A stretch of 64,000 bases of DNA from a bacterium (GTDB taxonomy: Bacteria > Patescibacteriota > Minisyncoccia > Phycocordibacterales > UBA5272), in contig JAYSUJ010000024.1 of assembly GCA_043719155.1 (NCBI GenBank), positions 3,424 through 67,423 on the forward strand, read 5' to 3'. A program made the translations under genes and the position numbers. The notes beneath the pieces are model-generated. The model was not told the DNA's origin. It did not search any database and saw only the letters and a list, made by a program, of their open reading frames with translations. Shown here piece by piece: positions 8,928 to 19,300 of the stretch (its first letter is position 1; each line of letters opens with the position of its first letter).

Positions 8928-10118
8928 CTACTTTTCTGCAGTAATACCTTCTATTTCCTCCTTTAATTTAGCAACCAAGGCTTCCATGTCGAGTTTTTGT
9001 ATGTACAGTTTATTCAAATTTTCAATAAGTTTTAGGACCAAATCTTTTCCAGCTATTTTTTCAGCACCTGAAGCGTCCCTTGACAAAGCCCCTGTGGAAC
9101 TATTCACTACAAAAAAATCATTGTTTGGTACGCCGTCGATGTACATTTCACTAGTTTTGGCTATTCTCCAAAAAGCATCACAGTTGCCGACCAAGATTTC
9201 CATTTTCCCGTTTTTATTTACAACTTTAAAGTCGATAATCAACCTCATACTTGCGGGTCTGTCGAAAAGTTCTGTATTTTTAGTTGCATCTGGTGGTGCG
9301 GATCGTATCAACTCTTCGACAACCAAATCCTCAATATCCACTTCTCTACCCCAAAGTCTGGAGTAGTGAGTAGTGATTTCCAATATTTTATTTCTCAGTC
9401 TAAATTCCAAAACATCTAACATAAAAACCTTATCTTCCTCGGTATCTGAAAATAACTCACCTTCATCACGTTTTATGTCTGGGAAAATATGTATACCTTC
9501 ACCTCTGGCTCCGTCCACTGGTTTTACTATCCAAAACCCAGATTCAGGTACAGTTTTTAAATTTAATTTACCAAAAGGTCCGACCAATTTTCTAGCAGAA
9601 TTTTCCAGAGGTGTAAACTTGGGATGATTGAGCTTGTTATCACAAAGGTCACGAATATAGGGTGGATTGGGATTGGCATGAAGCGGGTATGCAGCCTTGT
9701 CTAAAATATCACGGACATACTTTTGAACTCTAGGGAAAGCCTCTTCTGAAAAACCTGTCTCCATGTGACGCATTTCATATCTAGTAACAGGTTTGCCAGC
9801 GAGTTTTAAAGTTTCATCAAAAGCTCTGGCTTTATCTAAAACATCTGGGTAATCAGGGTTGTTACGCCCCCTTATCCTTGCTTTTATCCTATCAGCATAA
9901 CTCACCATGCCTTTAGGAATTTTTTCTTTACCAAAACCAGACGTTGAACCATTGGTTTCCACTATCCACCAATGACCGTACTGATCCATAAACATATCTA
10001 CACCTAGAGTGCCTACCCATTCTAAGTCATTTGCCTTCGTCTCTACTTTAGCTTTAAACTCACCCAGTAATTTACTGAACTGAGACTCTCCTGGCTTTGG
10101 CTCTTTTCCAATCATCAC
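8928..10118 (-). CDS. ATP-grasp-like ligase with permuted motif order
   Basis: GVDMFMD..G.WWIVETN near the N-terminus; WIVKPVDGARGEGI, VVEELI and SMRL later. Confidence 0.6.
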   Translation of the reverse strand: MMIGKEPKPGESQFSKLLGEFKAKVETKANDLEWVGTLGVDMFMDQYGHWWIVETNGSTSGFGKEKIPKGMVSYADRIKARIRGRNNPDYPDVLDKARAFDETLKLAGKPVTRYEMRHMETGFSEEAFPRVQKYVRDILDKAAYPLHANPNPPYIRDLCDNKLNHPKFTPLENSARKLVGPFGKLNLKTVPESGFWIVKPVDGARGEGIHIFPDIKRDEGELFSDTEEDKVFMLDVLEFRLRNKILEITTHYSRLWGREVDIEDLVVEELIRSAPPDATKNTELFDRPASMRLIIDFKVVNKNGKMEILVGNCDAFWRIAKTSEMYIDGVPNNDFFVVNSSTGALSRDASGAEKIAGKDLVLKLIENLNKLYIQKLDMEALVAKLKEEIEGITAEK

Positions 10119-10930
10119 CCAAGTTTATCACATTCTATTTTTATAATTAGACCTATATGTGGATGCAAAAATTCTAAACTTTTAGCATGCAACATTAATC
10201 TGTTTTCAGTATTTACTTTGACTACCCCAGTCTCCAGATTCAACAGTAGGGACTCTATTTGTTTTGTAGAGTGTTCATTTGCAATTCCATTAACTCCATA
10301 TTTTGTATCTCCAACAATAGGATGTCCTATGAATCTACAGTGCAAGCGTAATTGATGTGTGCGACCAGTTTTAGGATACATTTTTAATGTTGAAGTATTT
10401 TCTTTTTCGTCATAATTTAAAATTTCAAAATTGGTTTCGGCAACTCGCTTGGTATTTCTACCGCCCTCTTCCCCAGTAAAACCACAAACCCAAATACGCG
10501 GATCTTTTTTATGTCTAGAAATTGGCTCCGAAATTTCATAAAAATTTTTTAACTCTGTTTTAAAAATTTTTTTTTCACTTATTAACTTTTGTAAATTTAT
10601 TTCTCCCCAGACTTTAACAATGTACTCTTTTAAGATAGTTCTATCCAAAAATTGTTTTTGCAGATTTTCAAAAACCTCTTGATTTTTGGCGACCAAAATA
10701 ACCCCACTAGTTTCCCTGTCTAATCTGTTCAAAATCCCCCATCTTTTTTCGTAACGACCACTGTCGAGCGTGTGTGGGTTACCTACGTCTTCCAAGTTTG
10801 GAAATTTATTTTTTATAAAATCTGACAGAGTGGCTTCTGTCGTGCGACCATCAGCATGCACTACCAAACCAGCAGGTTTGTCGACTGCAAACAAAAATGC
10901 GTCTTCAAAAATTATTTTTACGTCTGGCAT
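10115..10930 (-). CDS. RluA-family pseudouridine synthase
   Basis: DKPAGLVVH, NRLDRETSG, TGRTHQLR, HPIVGD.KYG, LMLHA. Confidence 0.93.
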   Translation of the reverse strand: MPDVKIIFEDAFLFAVDKPAGLVVHADGRTTEATLSDFIKNKFPNLEDVGNPHTLDSGRYEKRWGILNRLDRETSGVILVAKNQEVFENLQKQFLDRTILKEYIVKVWGEINLQKLISEKKIFKTELKNFYEISEPISRHKKDPRIWVCGFTGEEGGRNTKRVAETNFEILNYDEKENTSTLKMYPKTGRTHQLRLHCRFIGHPIVGDTKYGVNGIANEHSTKQIESLLLNLETGVVKVNTENRLMLHAKSLEFLHPHIGLIIKIECDKLG

Positions 10931-10950
10931 TTGTTAACAATTATAGCAAA

Positions 10951-12144
10951 TTATCCAAATAAAAAACTCCAAAAACTAGGAACAGACAAATCTAAGTCTT
11001 CTGGTAAGGTAAAAAACATGTTCCCTGCAAAATCTCTTTCTAGCTTTTGCCTACATCGGATATTATTTACAAAGGCAAAATCTGAACAGAGAGTTTTAGT
11101 TAAGTCTTTTTTTTCAAATTTTTCTTCATTTCTTAAAATATCATAGCTCAGTGAATACAGACAATGTACCTTGTACTCTAAACTGCTTTGATTCATACAA
11201 AACTTACGAGAAATAACAATTGGGGTCTTTCCCTTTTTACCAAAAATTTCCATAATAAATCTTCTATTACAAGCAAAGTGCTTTTTATCATCCCTATACA
11301 AGTTACAAAAATCTGAAATTTTCTGATAATTTTTTGCTAAAAAATTTGCGGAGCGGCTATTCACAAGCAAACAAGAATACTCTGCCAAGTCAGAGTTGTC
11401 CTGATATTTTTTACAATAATCTATACTAACTTTTTCTTTTAAATCGTCTACCACTTGAAAGTAGTCCATGAAAATTCCTGTGTGACAGGATAATAATTTA
11501 TCTCTGCTTTTAGAAATAATTTCACATGTTTTGATGGCCTCTGGTATGTCTTTGCTGTTTTGAAAAACAAAATGCCCCAACTCATGCATACCACTTATGT
11601 AAATGTTTCGCTTACCATTAAGTTCTCCCGTTTGAAATTGTTGAGCTAATTTTTCTATTAACTCATTTTGAAGCTTAGAACTTTCTATACCATTACCGAT
11701 AATGCCGTGTACATAACCATTGGCACAGATAAAACTAAAGTTATTTTTGTATGGGTCATACTCTAAGCTTTTGCTAGGACTTTTATTTACCAAATTGGCT
11801 TGATAGCCAATTTCATGTGATACAGAGTGACACGAAGCTTCGGTTATCTCGTGACTATCAAGTAAATAATTTAAATCTGTAAATAGATTGTCAAAAAAAA
11901 CTTGGTCAAATTTTTTAATAGCAATTTGCTTTTTGACCAGTTTTTTGGCACAATTTGTAAATTCCAAATTTGATAATTTACAGGCTTTGAAAAAGTTATT
12001 TGATAGATCTGCTTCTTTTAATTTTTCATCGACAACCTCTTCAATTTCAAAATCATTCACATTTGTATAAAAATTAACAGGCATAACAAAAAGGAAAAGG
12101 AAAGAGGTAAAGTAAAAAACAAAAACTAAAATCCAAAATTTCAT
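10951..12144 (-). CDS. Membrane-anchored Cys/His-repeat protein
   Basis: N-terminal TM; SCHSVSHEIG, CANGYVHG, MHELGH, SCHTGIFM and regularly spaced Cys pairs. The ORF-track extension to 12207 overlaps a terminator. Confidence 0.75.
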   Translation of the reverse strand: MKFWILVFVFYFTSFLFLFVMPVNFYTNVNDFEIEEVVDEKLKEADLSNNFFKACKLSNLEFTNCAKKLVKKQIAIKKFDQVFFDNLFTDLNYLLDSHEITEASCHSVSHEIGYQANLVNKSPSKSLEYDPYKNNFSFICANGYVHGIIGNGIESSKLQNELIEKLAQQFQTGELNGKRNIYISGMHELGHFVFQNSKDIPEAIKTCEIISKSRDKLLSCHTGIFMDYFQVVDDLKEKVSIDYCKKYQDNSDLAEYSCLLVNSRSANFLAKNYQKISDFCNLYRDDKKHFACNRRFIMEIFGKKGKTPIVISRKFCMNQSSLEYKVHCLYSLSYDILRNEEKFEKKDLTKTLCSDFAFVNNIRCRQKLERDFAGNMFFTLPEDLDLSVPSFWSFLFG

Positions 12145-12173
12145 AATTTTATTTAGTTTAGCATAATAAAAAA

Positions 12174-12204
12174 GTGGCCAGTTTCGCGAAGCGAAACTGG
12201 CCAC
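12174..12204 (-). terminator. Intrinsic terminator after the vWA gene
   Basis: GTGGCCAGTTTCGC-GAA-GCGAAACTGGCCAC perfect stem, A-run on its low-coordinate side. Confidence 0.85.
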
Positions 12205-12231
12205 CACTGACCCAACTTTAGCCCTTAAGCT

Positions 12232-13329
12232 TTAGTCGATGTCAAAATCGAACCCACCACCACTGTCGTTGCTTCCGCTGTCGGACGAGCCACCACCCCA
12301 AGAAGGAGTGCTGTCTTCGCTCGAGCTGTGCGAAGGTTGGGTGTAAGAACTATCAGCATCACTGCTGTCGTCACCACTGTTGCCATCCTGGAGAGCTTCC
12401 AGGTCGTCCTCATCATGGACGTCGCCGTCGGTTTCGAAACCGCCAGTCTGCTCGCCGTTGGCGTCCAATGAGCCCTTGGTAGGGTCAAAGTCCGCTGGCA
12501 AGAGAGCGATCTCCTGCTGGAGATCGGCAGGCAACGAGAACATGTCCGGGAGGGGTTCATCGAATCCGGACACATCCTCTTGGACAGCTTGTTCCCAGGT
12601 CTTGGAAACACCGTCCACACCCATGGCTTCGTTGCGGTCAGCTTCAGAGAAGCCGAGCGACGAAGCTTGGGCAGAGCCAGGCGCAAGAAGGTGATAAGCC
12701 AACCCGAGCCCAGCGGCGGCAACGAAGGCCATGGCTACAGGGTTGCTTCCGCCACCCTTGCCTTTGCCGAACCAGCTCGACTTTGCAGCCGGCTGATTGT
12801 TGCCTTGAACATGCACGTTCATCACGCGCTCCTTGGGGATACCCATCGGCTCAGCCTGTTGCCAGGCGTCGATGTTGGCCCCGAGGTAAATCACGATAGT
12901 TCCGGCTTTCTGTTTGCGCTCCACCAGGGCGCGCAAGGCAGAAAGCTGACTAAACTCGCCTTTCGAGGCGTTTTCGATACCGTCGGTAAAGAGCACCACG
13001 ACATAGTCGGTGTCCTGCTCGATGTTATCGTTCAGGGCAGCCGCCAAGTTGTCGTAGAGCGGAGTCAATGCCCGAGGCACGTACTCTTCGTATTTGAGGT
13101 CAGCGATCTCGCCACCGAGTCCTTGACGAAGGACATCGGTCCCCATGCTGTCAAAAGTGACGAGCCGGAGGTAGGCGGTCTTGCCACGGGAATCATTGCG
13201 CATCCGGCCGAGGTAGGCATTGCTGCCTTCCACCACCCTGCGCCGCCACGAATACATGGAGCCGGACTTGTCCGCGACAAAGCGAACTTCAAGCTTACGC
13301 TTCGCTGCTTTCGCTACGATTTGAGCCAT
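12232..13329 (-). CDS. vWA (MIDAS) domain protein with TM segment and acidic low-complexity tail; GC-rich
   Basis: DKSGSM MIDAS, TPLYD, FTDGIENAS, YLGANID; tail ...DSGSNDSGGGFDFDID; strongly GC-rich relative to flanks. Confidence 0.85.
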   Translation of the reverse strand: MAQIVAKAAKRKLEVRFVADKSGSMYSWRRRVVEGSNAYLGRMRNDSRGKTAYLRLVTFDSMGTDVLRQGLGGEIADLKYEEYVPRALTPLYDNLAAALNDNIEQDTDYVVVLFTDGIENASKGEFSQLSALRALVERKQKAGTIVIYLGANIDAWQQAEPMGIPKERVMNVHVQGNNQPAAKSSWFGKGKGGGSNPVAMAFVAAAGLGLAYHLLAPGSAQASSLGFSEADRNEAMGVDGVSKTWEQAVQEDVSGFDEPLPDMFSLPADLQQEIALLPADFDPTKGSLDANGEQTGGFETDGDVHDEDDLEALQDGNSGDDSSDADSSYTQPSHSSSEDSTPSWGGGSSDSGSNDSGGGFDFDID

Positions 13330-13470
13330 TTTTTTCCCTTTCTGAGGGGGTTAATCCTGAGCCTATTTCTCAGGATTTTTATATTATACAATATAAATTG
13401 TAATTTGTAAAAAAATACTTTAAAATAGTTTTTTTTTACTTTGTGGGTTATAATAAGTATTACAAAATTC

Positions 13471-14466
13471 ATGTCCCAAAAAACTAATAGTTCTGTAATT
13501 TACGCCTTTTCCGGTAATTTATTCATAACTTTTTTGAAAACTTTAGGCTTCTTCATTTCTCTTTCTCCGTCACTCTTTAGTGAAGCTATTCACTCTCTGG
13601 CCGACACTGCCAACCAAGGTTTGTTATGGATAGGAGCAAAACGTTCCAGAAAAAAAGCTGACCTCAAACATGTTTATGGTTATGGTGCTGAGAAATTTTT
13701 CTGGGCTACAGTTTCAGCTTGTGGCATTTTCTTTTTGGGAGCAGGCATAACCATTTACCATGGTGTAGAATCTTTTTTACACCCAACAAGCTCAACCACA
13801 TCAGCTTGGGTTTACATAATTTTATTTGTTTCGTTTGTCGTAGAAGCCTTCACGCTTTATAAAGCCTATCAAGAAATATCTCAAGTTGGTGAAGATACTT
13901 TTCTAGAAAATTTAAAATACGCAGACCCTATTTCTATAGCTGTTTTTTACGAAGACACAGTTGCGGTACTGGGTATTATCGTAGCAACACTGTCAATTTA
14001 CCTAGCTAAAATTACAGGTAATCACTTATTTGATGCATTTGGGTCTATCATTATCGGTTGTCTTTTAGCCATAGTTGCGGTTTTACTTTTAAACATGAAT
14101 CGTCAATATCTACTTGGTCGTTCTGCTCCAACAGAAATTGAAGAAGGCATAAAAAAACTTTTACTTTCTGATAAACATGTAGAAAAAGTTTTAGATTTTA
14201 AATCTGAAGTTTTAGATATTGGAAAATATTTAATCAAGTGCGAAATAGAATTCAACGGCTATGCACTTGTTGGAGAAATATTTAAAACTGAGGACATGGA
14301 AGAAATATTTGAAGACGTGAAAGATGACTTCCAAGAATTCCAAAAATTTGTTATTTACCAAACAAATCAAGTTCCTAGAATGGTAGGCAGAGTTATAGAT
14401 GCATTAGAAAAAGAAATTAAACACAAATTTCCAAGTGTAGAACATATAGATTTAGAAATTAATTAG
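13471..14466 (+). CDS. Cation diffusion facilitator family transporter
   Basis: SEAIHSLADTANQ, HVYGYG.EKF, VFYEDT metal-site motifs. Confidence 0.92.
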   Translation: MSQKTNSSVIYAFSGNLFITFLKTLGFFISLSPSLFSEAIHSLADTANQGLLWIGAKRSRKKADLKHVYGYGAEKFFWATVSACGIFFLGAGITIYHGVESFLHPTSSTTSAWVYIILFVSFVVEAFTLYKAYQEISQVGEDTFLENLKYADPISIAVFYEDTVAVLGIIVATLSIYLAKITGNHLFDAFGSIIIGCLLAIVAVLLLNMNRQYLLGRSAPTEIEEGIKKLLLSDKHVEKVLDFKSEVLDIGKYLIKCEIEFNGYALVGEIFKTEDMEEIFEDVKDDFQEFQKFVIYQTNQVPRMVGRVIDALEKEIKHKFPSVEHIDLEIN

Positions 14467-14616
14467 CATATACTCTACATATGTCAGAAAAAATTATCTG
14501 GACCCCAGAGGAAGAGGAGCTTATATTGAAAACCTATCTATAAATTACCCGTCTACTTATATTCCATCATTTAATATATAATCGTATTGTCCAATACGAA
14601 ACCAATGGAGAGAAAC

Positions 14617-14979
14617 ATGAGTACCATCCAAGCTTTCATTTTCCGCTTACCAGAAGAGGTTGAGGAAAGACTGAATACTGCCCTTCTGATTTGTGGAATT
14701 GCTGTAGATGAAAAACATAGACATGGAACTGGCCCACTTCACAGTGAAATTCCAGTTTCCAGCAGCTTTGTAACCGAACTATATCCAAAATCCAAGAACG
14801 GAAAGTTTAGTTCCCTGGTTCTAGTGGCAACAGTTGATGATTTGGAAAAAACAAAAACACTACTTGATCAAGCCTGTCTTTCACCCAAAAGTGAAGCATT
14901 GTACTTGCTTCTAGAAATAGAAGAAGAGTATTTGCAACTTCAAATCTGGGATAAGAAAGCTTGGGATAGCTTCAAATAA
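14617..14979 (+). CDS. Hypothetical protein
   Basis: GGAGAG SD before ATG 14617; followed by a terminator hairpin. Confidence 0.6.
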   Translation: MSTIQAFIFRLPEEVEERLNTALLICGIAVDEKHRHGTGPLHSEIPVSSSFVTELYPKSKNGKFSSLVLVATVDDLEKTKTLLDQACLSPKSEALYLLLEIEEEYLQLQIWDKKAWDSFK

Positions 14980-14984
14980 CCTAG

Positions 14985-15020
14985 AACTGTTGACGTTCAT
15001 AGCGTCAGCAGTTTTTTCTT
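14985..15020 (+). terminator. Intrinsic terminator just outside the island boundary
   Basis: AACTGTTGACGTT-CAT-AGCGTCAGCAGTT followed by a T-run. Confidence 0.75.
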
Positions 15021-15028
15021 TAATTTAC

Positions 15029-15050
15029 TTGGGGTGCCCAATGGGAATTG
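15029..15050. repeat. att core, distal copy (tRNA-His 3' end)
   Basis: TTGGGGTGCCCAATGGGAATTG, identical to 33396-33417. Confidence 0.93.
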
Positions 15051-15165
15051 GTCACGCATAAAATTTGTATTCACAATTTTTTGCGCTACCCCGACTCACT
15101 CGTTTCGGCTCGCTTTGCTCACATCGAAACTTCGCTCCGTCTTTCAATTCCCCTAAAACATACAA

Positions 15166-15203
15166 ACAATTTTAAAACCCCACAAAGGGGGTCTTAAAAT
15201 TGT
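15166..15203. terminator. Long hairpin / bidirectional terminator inside the island end
   Basis: ACAATTTTAAAACCCC...GGGGTCTTAAAATTGT near-perfect inverted repeat. Confidence 0.7.
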
Positions 15204-15443
15204 CTGGGTATCTAACGGTCCAGGAAATGAACACCCTTATATTGGATTTCAACCGTATAGGGACTATATTATCTGGTATTTTTCAGAAAAGTAACAGTAG
15301 CAAACTTCAATAATGACCACTAATCTAAAATTGATTGTTGAGTCTTTTGGAATTAACGATTTCTCCGGTTTTTAACTTTAATTTTTTGTATTTTTCTTTC
15401 GTAAACTACATCTTATTTTCAATTAGATTTGTTGTTCTTTGGA

Positions 15444-15872
15444 TTATTTCAGCGACTCTTCAAAATTAGTTTTAATTTCTGGGTTAACTTTTCTCAATTC
15501 CAAAATAAAACCTTTCAAGTCTGAATCGACTAGAAAAAATGGATATATATCATATAAAAACCTACTGCCATCTTTTTTTCTCACTTCTATATCCTCTTTG
15601 AACAGAGCAGGTCTTTTTACAACCAATGATATATCTTGAATATTTATATTTCTCTTGAAGAAGACATAATCTCGTATCAAAAAGTTACTACTAATAATTA
15701 ACTTTATTTGATTAAAGTATAAATACAAGATTACAAATAATGCGATAAAATACAGTATGTTTGTATAGTCTACATCTGCACCAAAGAAAAAAGAAATTAA
15801 AGCGGGAAAGCAGACTATTGTGAATAGAACCATAAGTCTAATAATTAAAAAATTAAGTTTGTATACTTTCAT
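15444..15872 (-). CDS. Two-TM membrane protein, candidate RHS immunity protein 2
   Basis: Starts MKV, two TM helices then a soluble domain ending FILELRKVNPEIK; paralog of 15927-16388. Confidence 0.6.
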   Translation of the reverse strand: MKVYKLNFLIIRLMVLFTIVCFPALISFFFGADVDYTNILYFIALFVILYLYFNQIKLIISSNFLIRDYVFFKRNINIQDISLVVKRPALFKEDIEVRKKDGSRFLYDIYPFFLVDSDLKGFILELRKVNPEIKTNFEESLK

Positions 15873-15926
15873 ATTATTTATTTAAGAAGTTATTAGACTC
15901 TACCCAATACAACACATTTGGATTAC

Positions 15927-16388
15927 CTACCATATCATATACTTTGCAACCCAAGAACCCCAATTTACGTTAATTTTAATGTCTGGATTATATTTTTTGA
16001 GTTCTTCAACAAATTCCAGGAATTCATTTTTTGAAGAAAAATAATTTGAGATTTGAGGAATTAGTATTTTTCCATTTTTATCAACTAGATTTAGAAATAC
16101 AATTACTGGCAGGACTTTAATTTCAAAAGAGCCAATGTCTATTACTTCGACCAACCTATCCTTAAATCCCTTTTTCTTATAAATTATCAATCTATTTTCA
16201 ATATCAAATTGTAGGAAACTAAACTTTTGAATTACCCAAGTTAGTGACACTATAAACAAAAAGAAGCCCGAGAAATATTCAACGGCACTCTGAGATATAC
16301 TTAACATCCAAATTGAAAATATAAAACAAAGAAGATACAATGCCACAACTGAAAGCCTAATGGAAAACTTATTATTAAGTACCTTCAT
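15927..16388 (-). CDS. Two-TM membrane protein, candidate RHS immunity protein 1
   Basis: Starts 2 nt after the RHS stop; MKV, two TMs, ends FVEELKKYNPDIK. Confidence 0.65.
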   Translation of the reverse strand: MKVLNNKFSIRLSVVALYLLCFIFSIWMLSISQSAVEYFSGFFLFIVSLTWVIQKFSFLQFDIENRLIIYKKKGFKDRLVEVIDIGSFEIKVLPVIVFLNLVDKNGKILIPQISNYFSSKNEFLEFVEELKKYNPDIKINVNWGSWVAKYMIW

Positions 16389-16390
16389 AA

Positions 16391-19300
16391 TTATTTTTTA
16401 TTTGATTTAATTTCTTGTATTTGAAATAATCCCCAGTCTAAATAATTAACACTTCCTACATTTGTAATCTGGTTTGTTTTAATATTGTTTCCATTAAAGT
16501 AATTGTTCATTATTAGTCCAGGAATATTTTGTATTGTCTCTTTTCTAATTTCATTTTGTGTTGCTACGCTTGTGATTTGCGAAATTAATTTTTCTGCTGG
16601 TCTTCCTAGGGTTGGTCCAATTAATTTACCAGCAACTGCACCACCAAATGCTGTTGCAAAAGCATCGGTGGTAATACTATTAGTAGAAATATTTTTATCT
16701 AATAGTGAATTTCCAACAGTTGAATCTATAACAGCACTGCCAACTCCTCCACCAACTGAACCAACAATTAACACTCCAGTTGCACCAAGTCCAGCCGCAG
16801 TAGCACCAGCCGCAGTAGCCGCTGCTGCACCAACTACAGCCACCCCTTTCCCCCCAGAATACATATAATCACCAAATGTAGACAAACTTCCATTTTGATA
16901 ATCATTAATTCCTTGCACTGCAACACCTCCAATAAATCCAATTCCAACCCCAATACACATTGGGCATTTACCATCAGGGTCATATTTATGAATTGGGTCA
17001 TTTACTGCATAAGAATACCCATTTTGAAGTTGGGGATTTTCAAGAAATATTTTTTTGTCTTCTCCCTCATAATTCTTTGGGTCAGGAGAAATAAAGATTC
17101 CATAATTACTAGAATTATAACGAGCATTCATATAAATCAAATTATTTTCTTTGTCCATTTGTTGATTAGTATACCCTCTATTCCCATTCGTCACACCTTG
17201 TTTTTCAACATTCCCAAAGGCTTTGTAAGAGGACGTTGATATTTCTGTTCCAATAGTGAAATCTAAAATCTTTTCAATACTGTTCAAATGGTCCGTCACA
17301 ATAGTTTGTATGGCGAGAGTGGAAGTGGGAGTGTAAATAGTTGAGGTAGAAGTTACAATAGTTGGAACAGAAGTGGTGGAGGTAATCCAAGATACTGTAG
17401 TAGTGGATACATTTACATTGGTAGTGGTAGTTGCATATTTTAGATTCTTTAGAGTGAATAAGTAGGAATCTAAAATGTAATAGTTATCTATGCTTGGAGT
17501 AGAGGTAGCAATACTGGAATTAATGGAGAGGGTAATGTCAGGAGTTTTAGGAAGTAAAATAATTTGAGTAGACTGATTAAAGTATTTCATTGTGCCACTG
17601 GCAGTACCACCTATGGTAAATGTAATTCCTTTACTAATTACTCCAGTTCCCTCGGTGATACTAGTAGTGTAAGATTTGTTGTTCTTGGCTCCGGCGAAGT
17701 AGAGGGTTAGGGTTTGGGTGGCGGTGGTTAGGCCTGTTAATTTAATAATATGATTTGAAGAAGTTGCACCGTTTTTACCTACGAAGTAATTTATTGTATT
17801 TGGCGTAATGGTAGCCGAAGACATTATCATAGAAGTGGTGCCAATACCCTTAAACTCGTCCCATTGTAGAGAGTTAATAGTAGTTTCTCGTAAACCTACC
17901 CACAATGATTTAGATACTGTAGAAGTGGATACTTTGTAGGTGGGAACCGTAATTGTTGCAGTTGTGTAAACCGCTGTGGTTGTGGCTACTTGAATGTATT
18001 GAGTAGAAGTGGAAACTGTTTGCGAAATAATATCTTTCCAAATTCTGTCTATGTTTAATATCGGTTTATTTCCTAAAGTTATTTGATAACTTGTGGTTGA
18101 ACCGGTGTTTTGGATAGATTGGTTTGGGGTGAATAATCTACTTTTAATTGTGGAACTAGAAGTGGTAGCAGTTATTTGGTTATTGTTAATCACAAAACTC
18201 AAAACCCTATTTCCCTCTGTGTCATAATAGTATTTGGAAGTAGTAGAAATATTCCCATTTACTTTTTTAATCTCTTTTACTCTGTCCAAATTATTCCACA
18301 CAAAGTCACCAAGCATTGTAGAACTTGCCAATCTCCCTTTGTTATCCCAGTTTAAATTATCACTAATATTTTCTTTTGCAACTTTACTTGGTGTGTGTGC
18401 TAGAGTATTTGCATACTCATAGTTATTTCCAGTATTAGACAATATTTTCCCAGTTGGTGAATAACTAAAAGTTTCCTCTACTTTTTTCATAACTTTATCT
18501 TCTTTCTCTACTTGAGTTAATCGAGATAATTCGTCATAAGTATAAATTGTATTTTCAAAACGATTATCTTCATCACGCAAAATACTTTTAATACGAGAAA
18601 GTGTGTCATAAGAGTAAGAAGTATTTTGTGGAGATTTGAAGTCACCAGTAGTGAACATATTAATTGTTCCATCTTTAAGTAGATAATAATACTTGGCATT
18701 TTTCTTCAATTTATTTCCAACATATCTAATTTCTTTTTGATTTACAGTAAATGTATCTATGGTTGTGGAAGCAATATTAGAAGATGCCGCGATATTGATT
18801 TGTCCAAAGTTTGAAGAGTTGGAAACATTGAATATCGGGTCTGGACAATTTACTGAACCTAAATCTGTATTGGTAATTGATTTACAGAATACAGTGTTGG
18901 TATTTCTATCTAACTTGTCACTTGTTTTGTAACTACTTGTTGCATACTCTGACCAGTCACCATTTATGTCACGACTACGAGTAAAGATTTCATAATCTGT
19001 GTTGTAAGAGAATGGAAACTTATCTACTAAGTATGAGGTAGAGGCAATGGAAGTGGTTGCCACAGTTTCTAATTGAATGAAGTTAGAGGTTGAAGTTGAA
19101 TTAGTTTTAGCCCGCAAGTAAACTTCATTTTCTATGATTGCATCTTTTTCAATGTCAGTATTTGCAACTGAAATATTGGCAACTAATCCTTGCCCCTGTT
19201 TATTTATAACCAAACTTGAAATAACTGGCTTGGTATTCGAGGCATTGTATTGAAGAGTTAAACCGGCGTGTATTTTGTAAGCGTTCTCTGCTCCCGTATC

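Noticed and set aside
12225-13410. Long alternative-frame and antisense ORFs (165, 104, 276, 75 aa) over the vWA gene
   Set aside because: Expected from stop-codon scarcity in high-GC DNA; only the 12232-13329 frame has a recognisable domain and SD.
15202-15218. Third att copy as the true island boundary
   Set aside because: Only about 10/17 identity to the core; kept as a weak note, not called as a feature.
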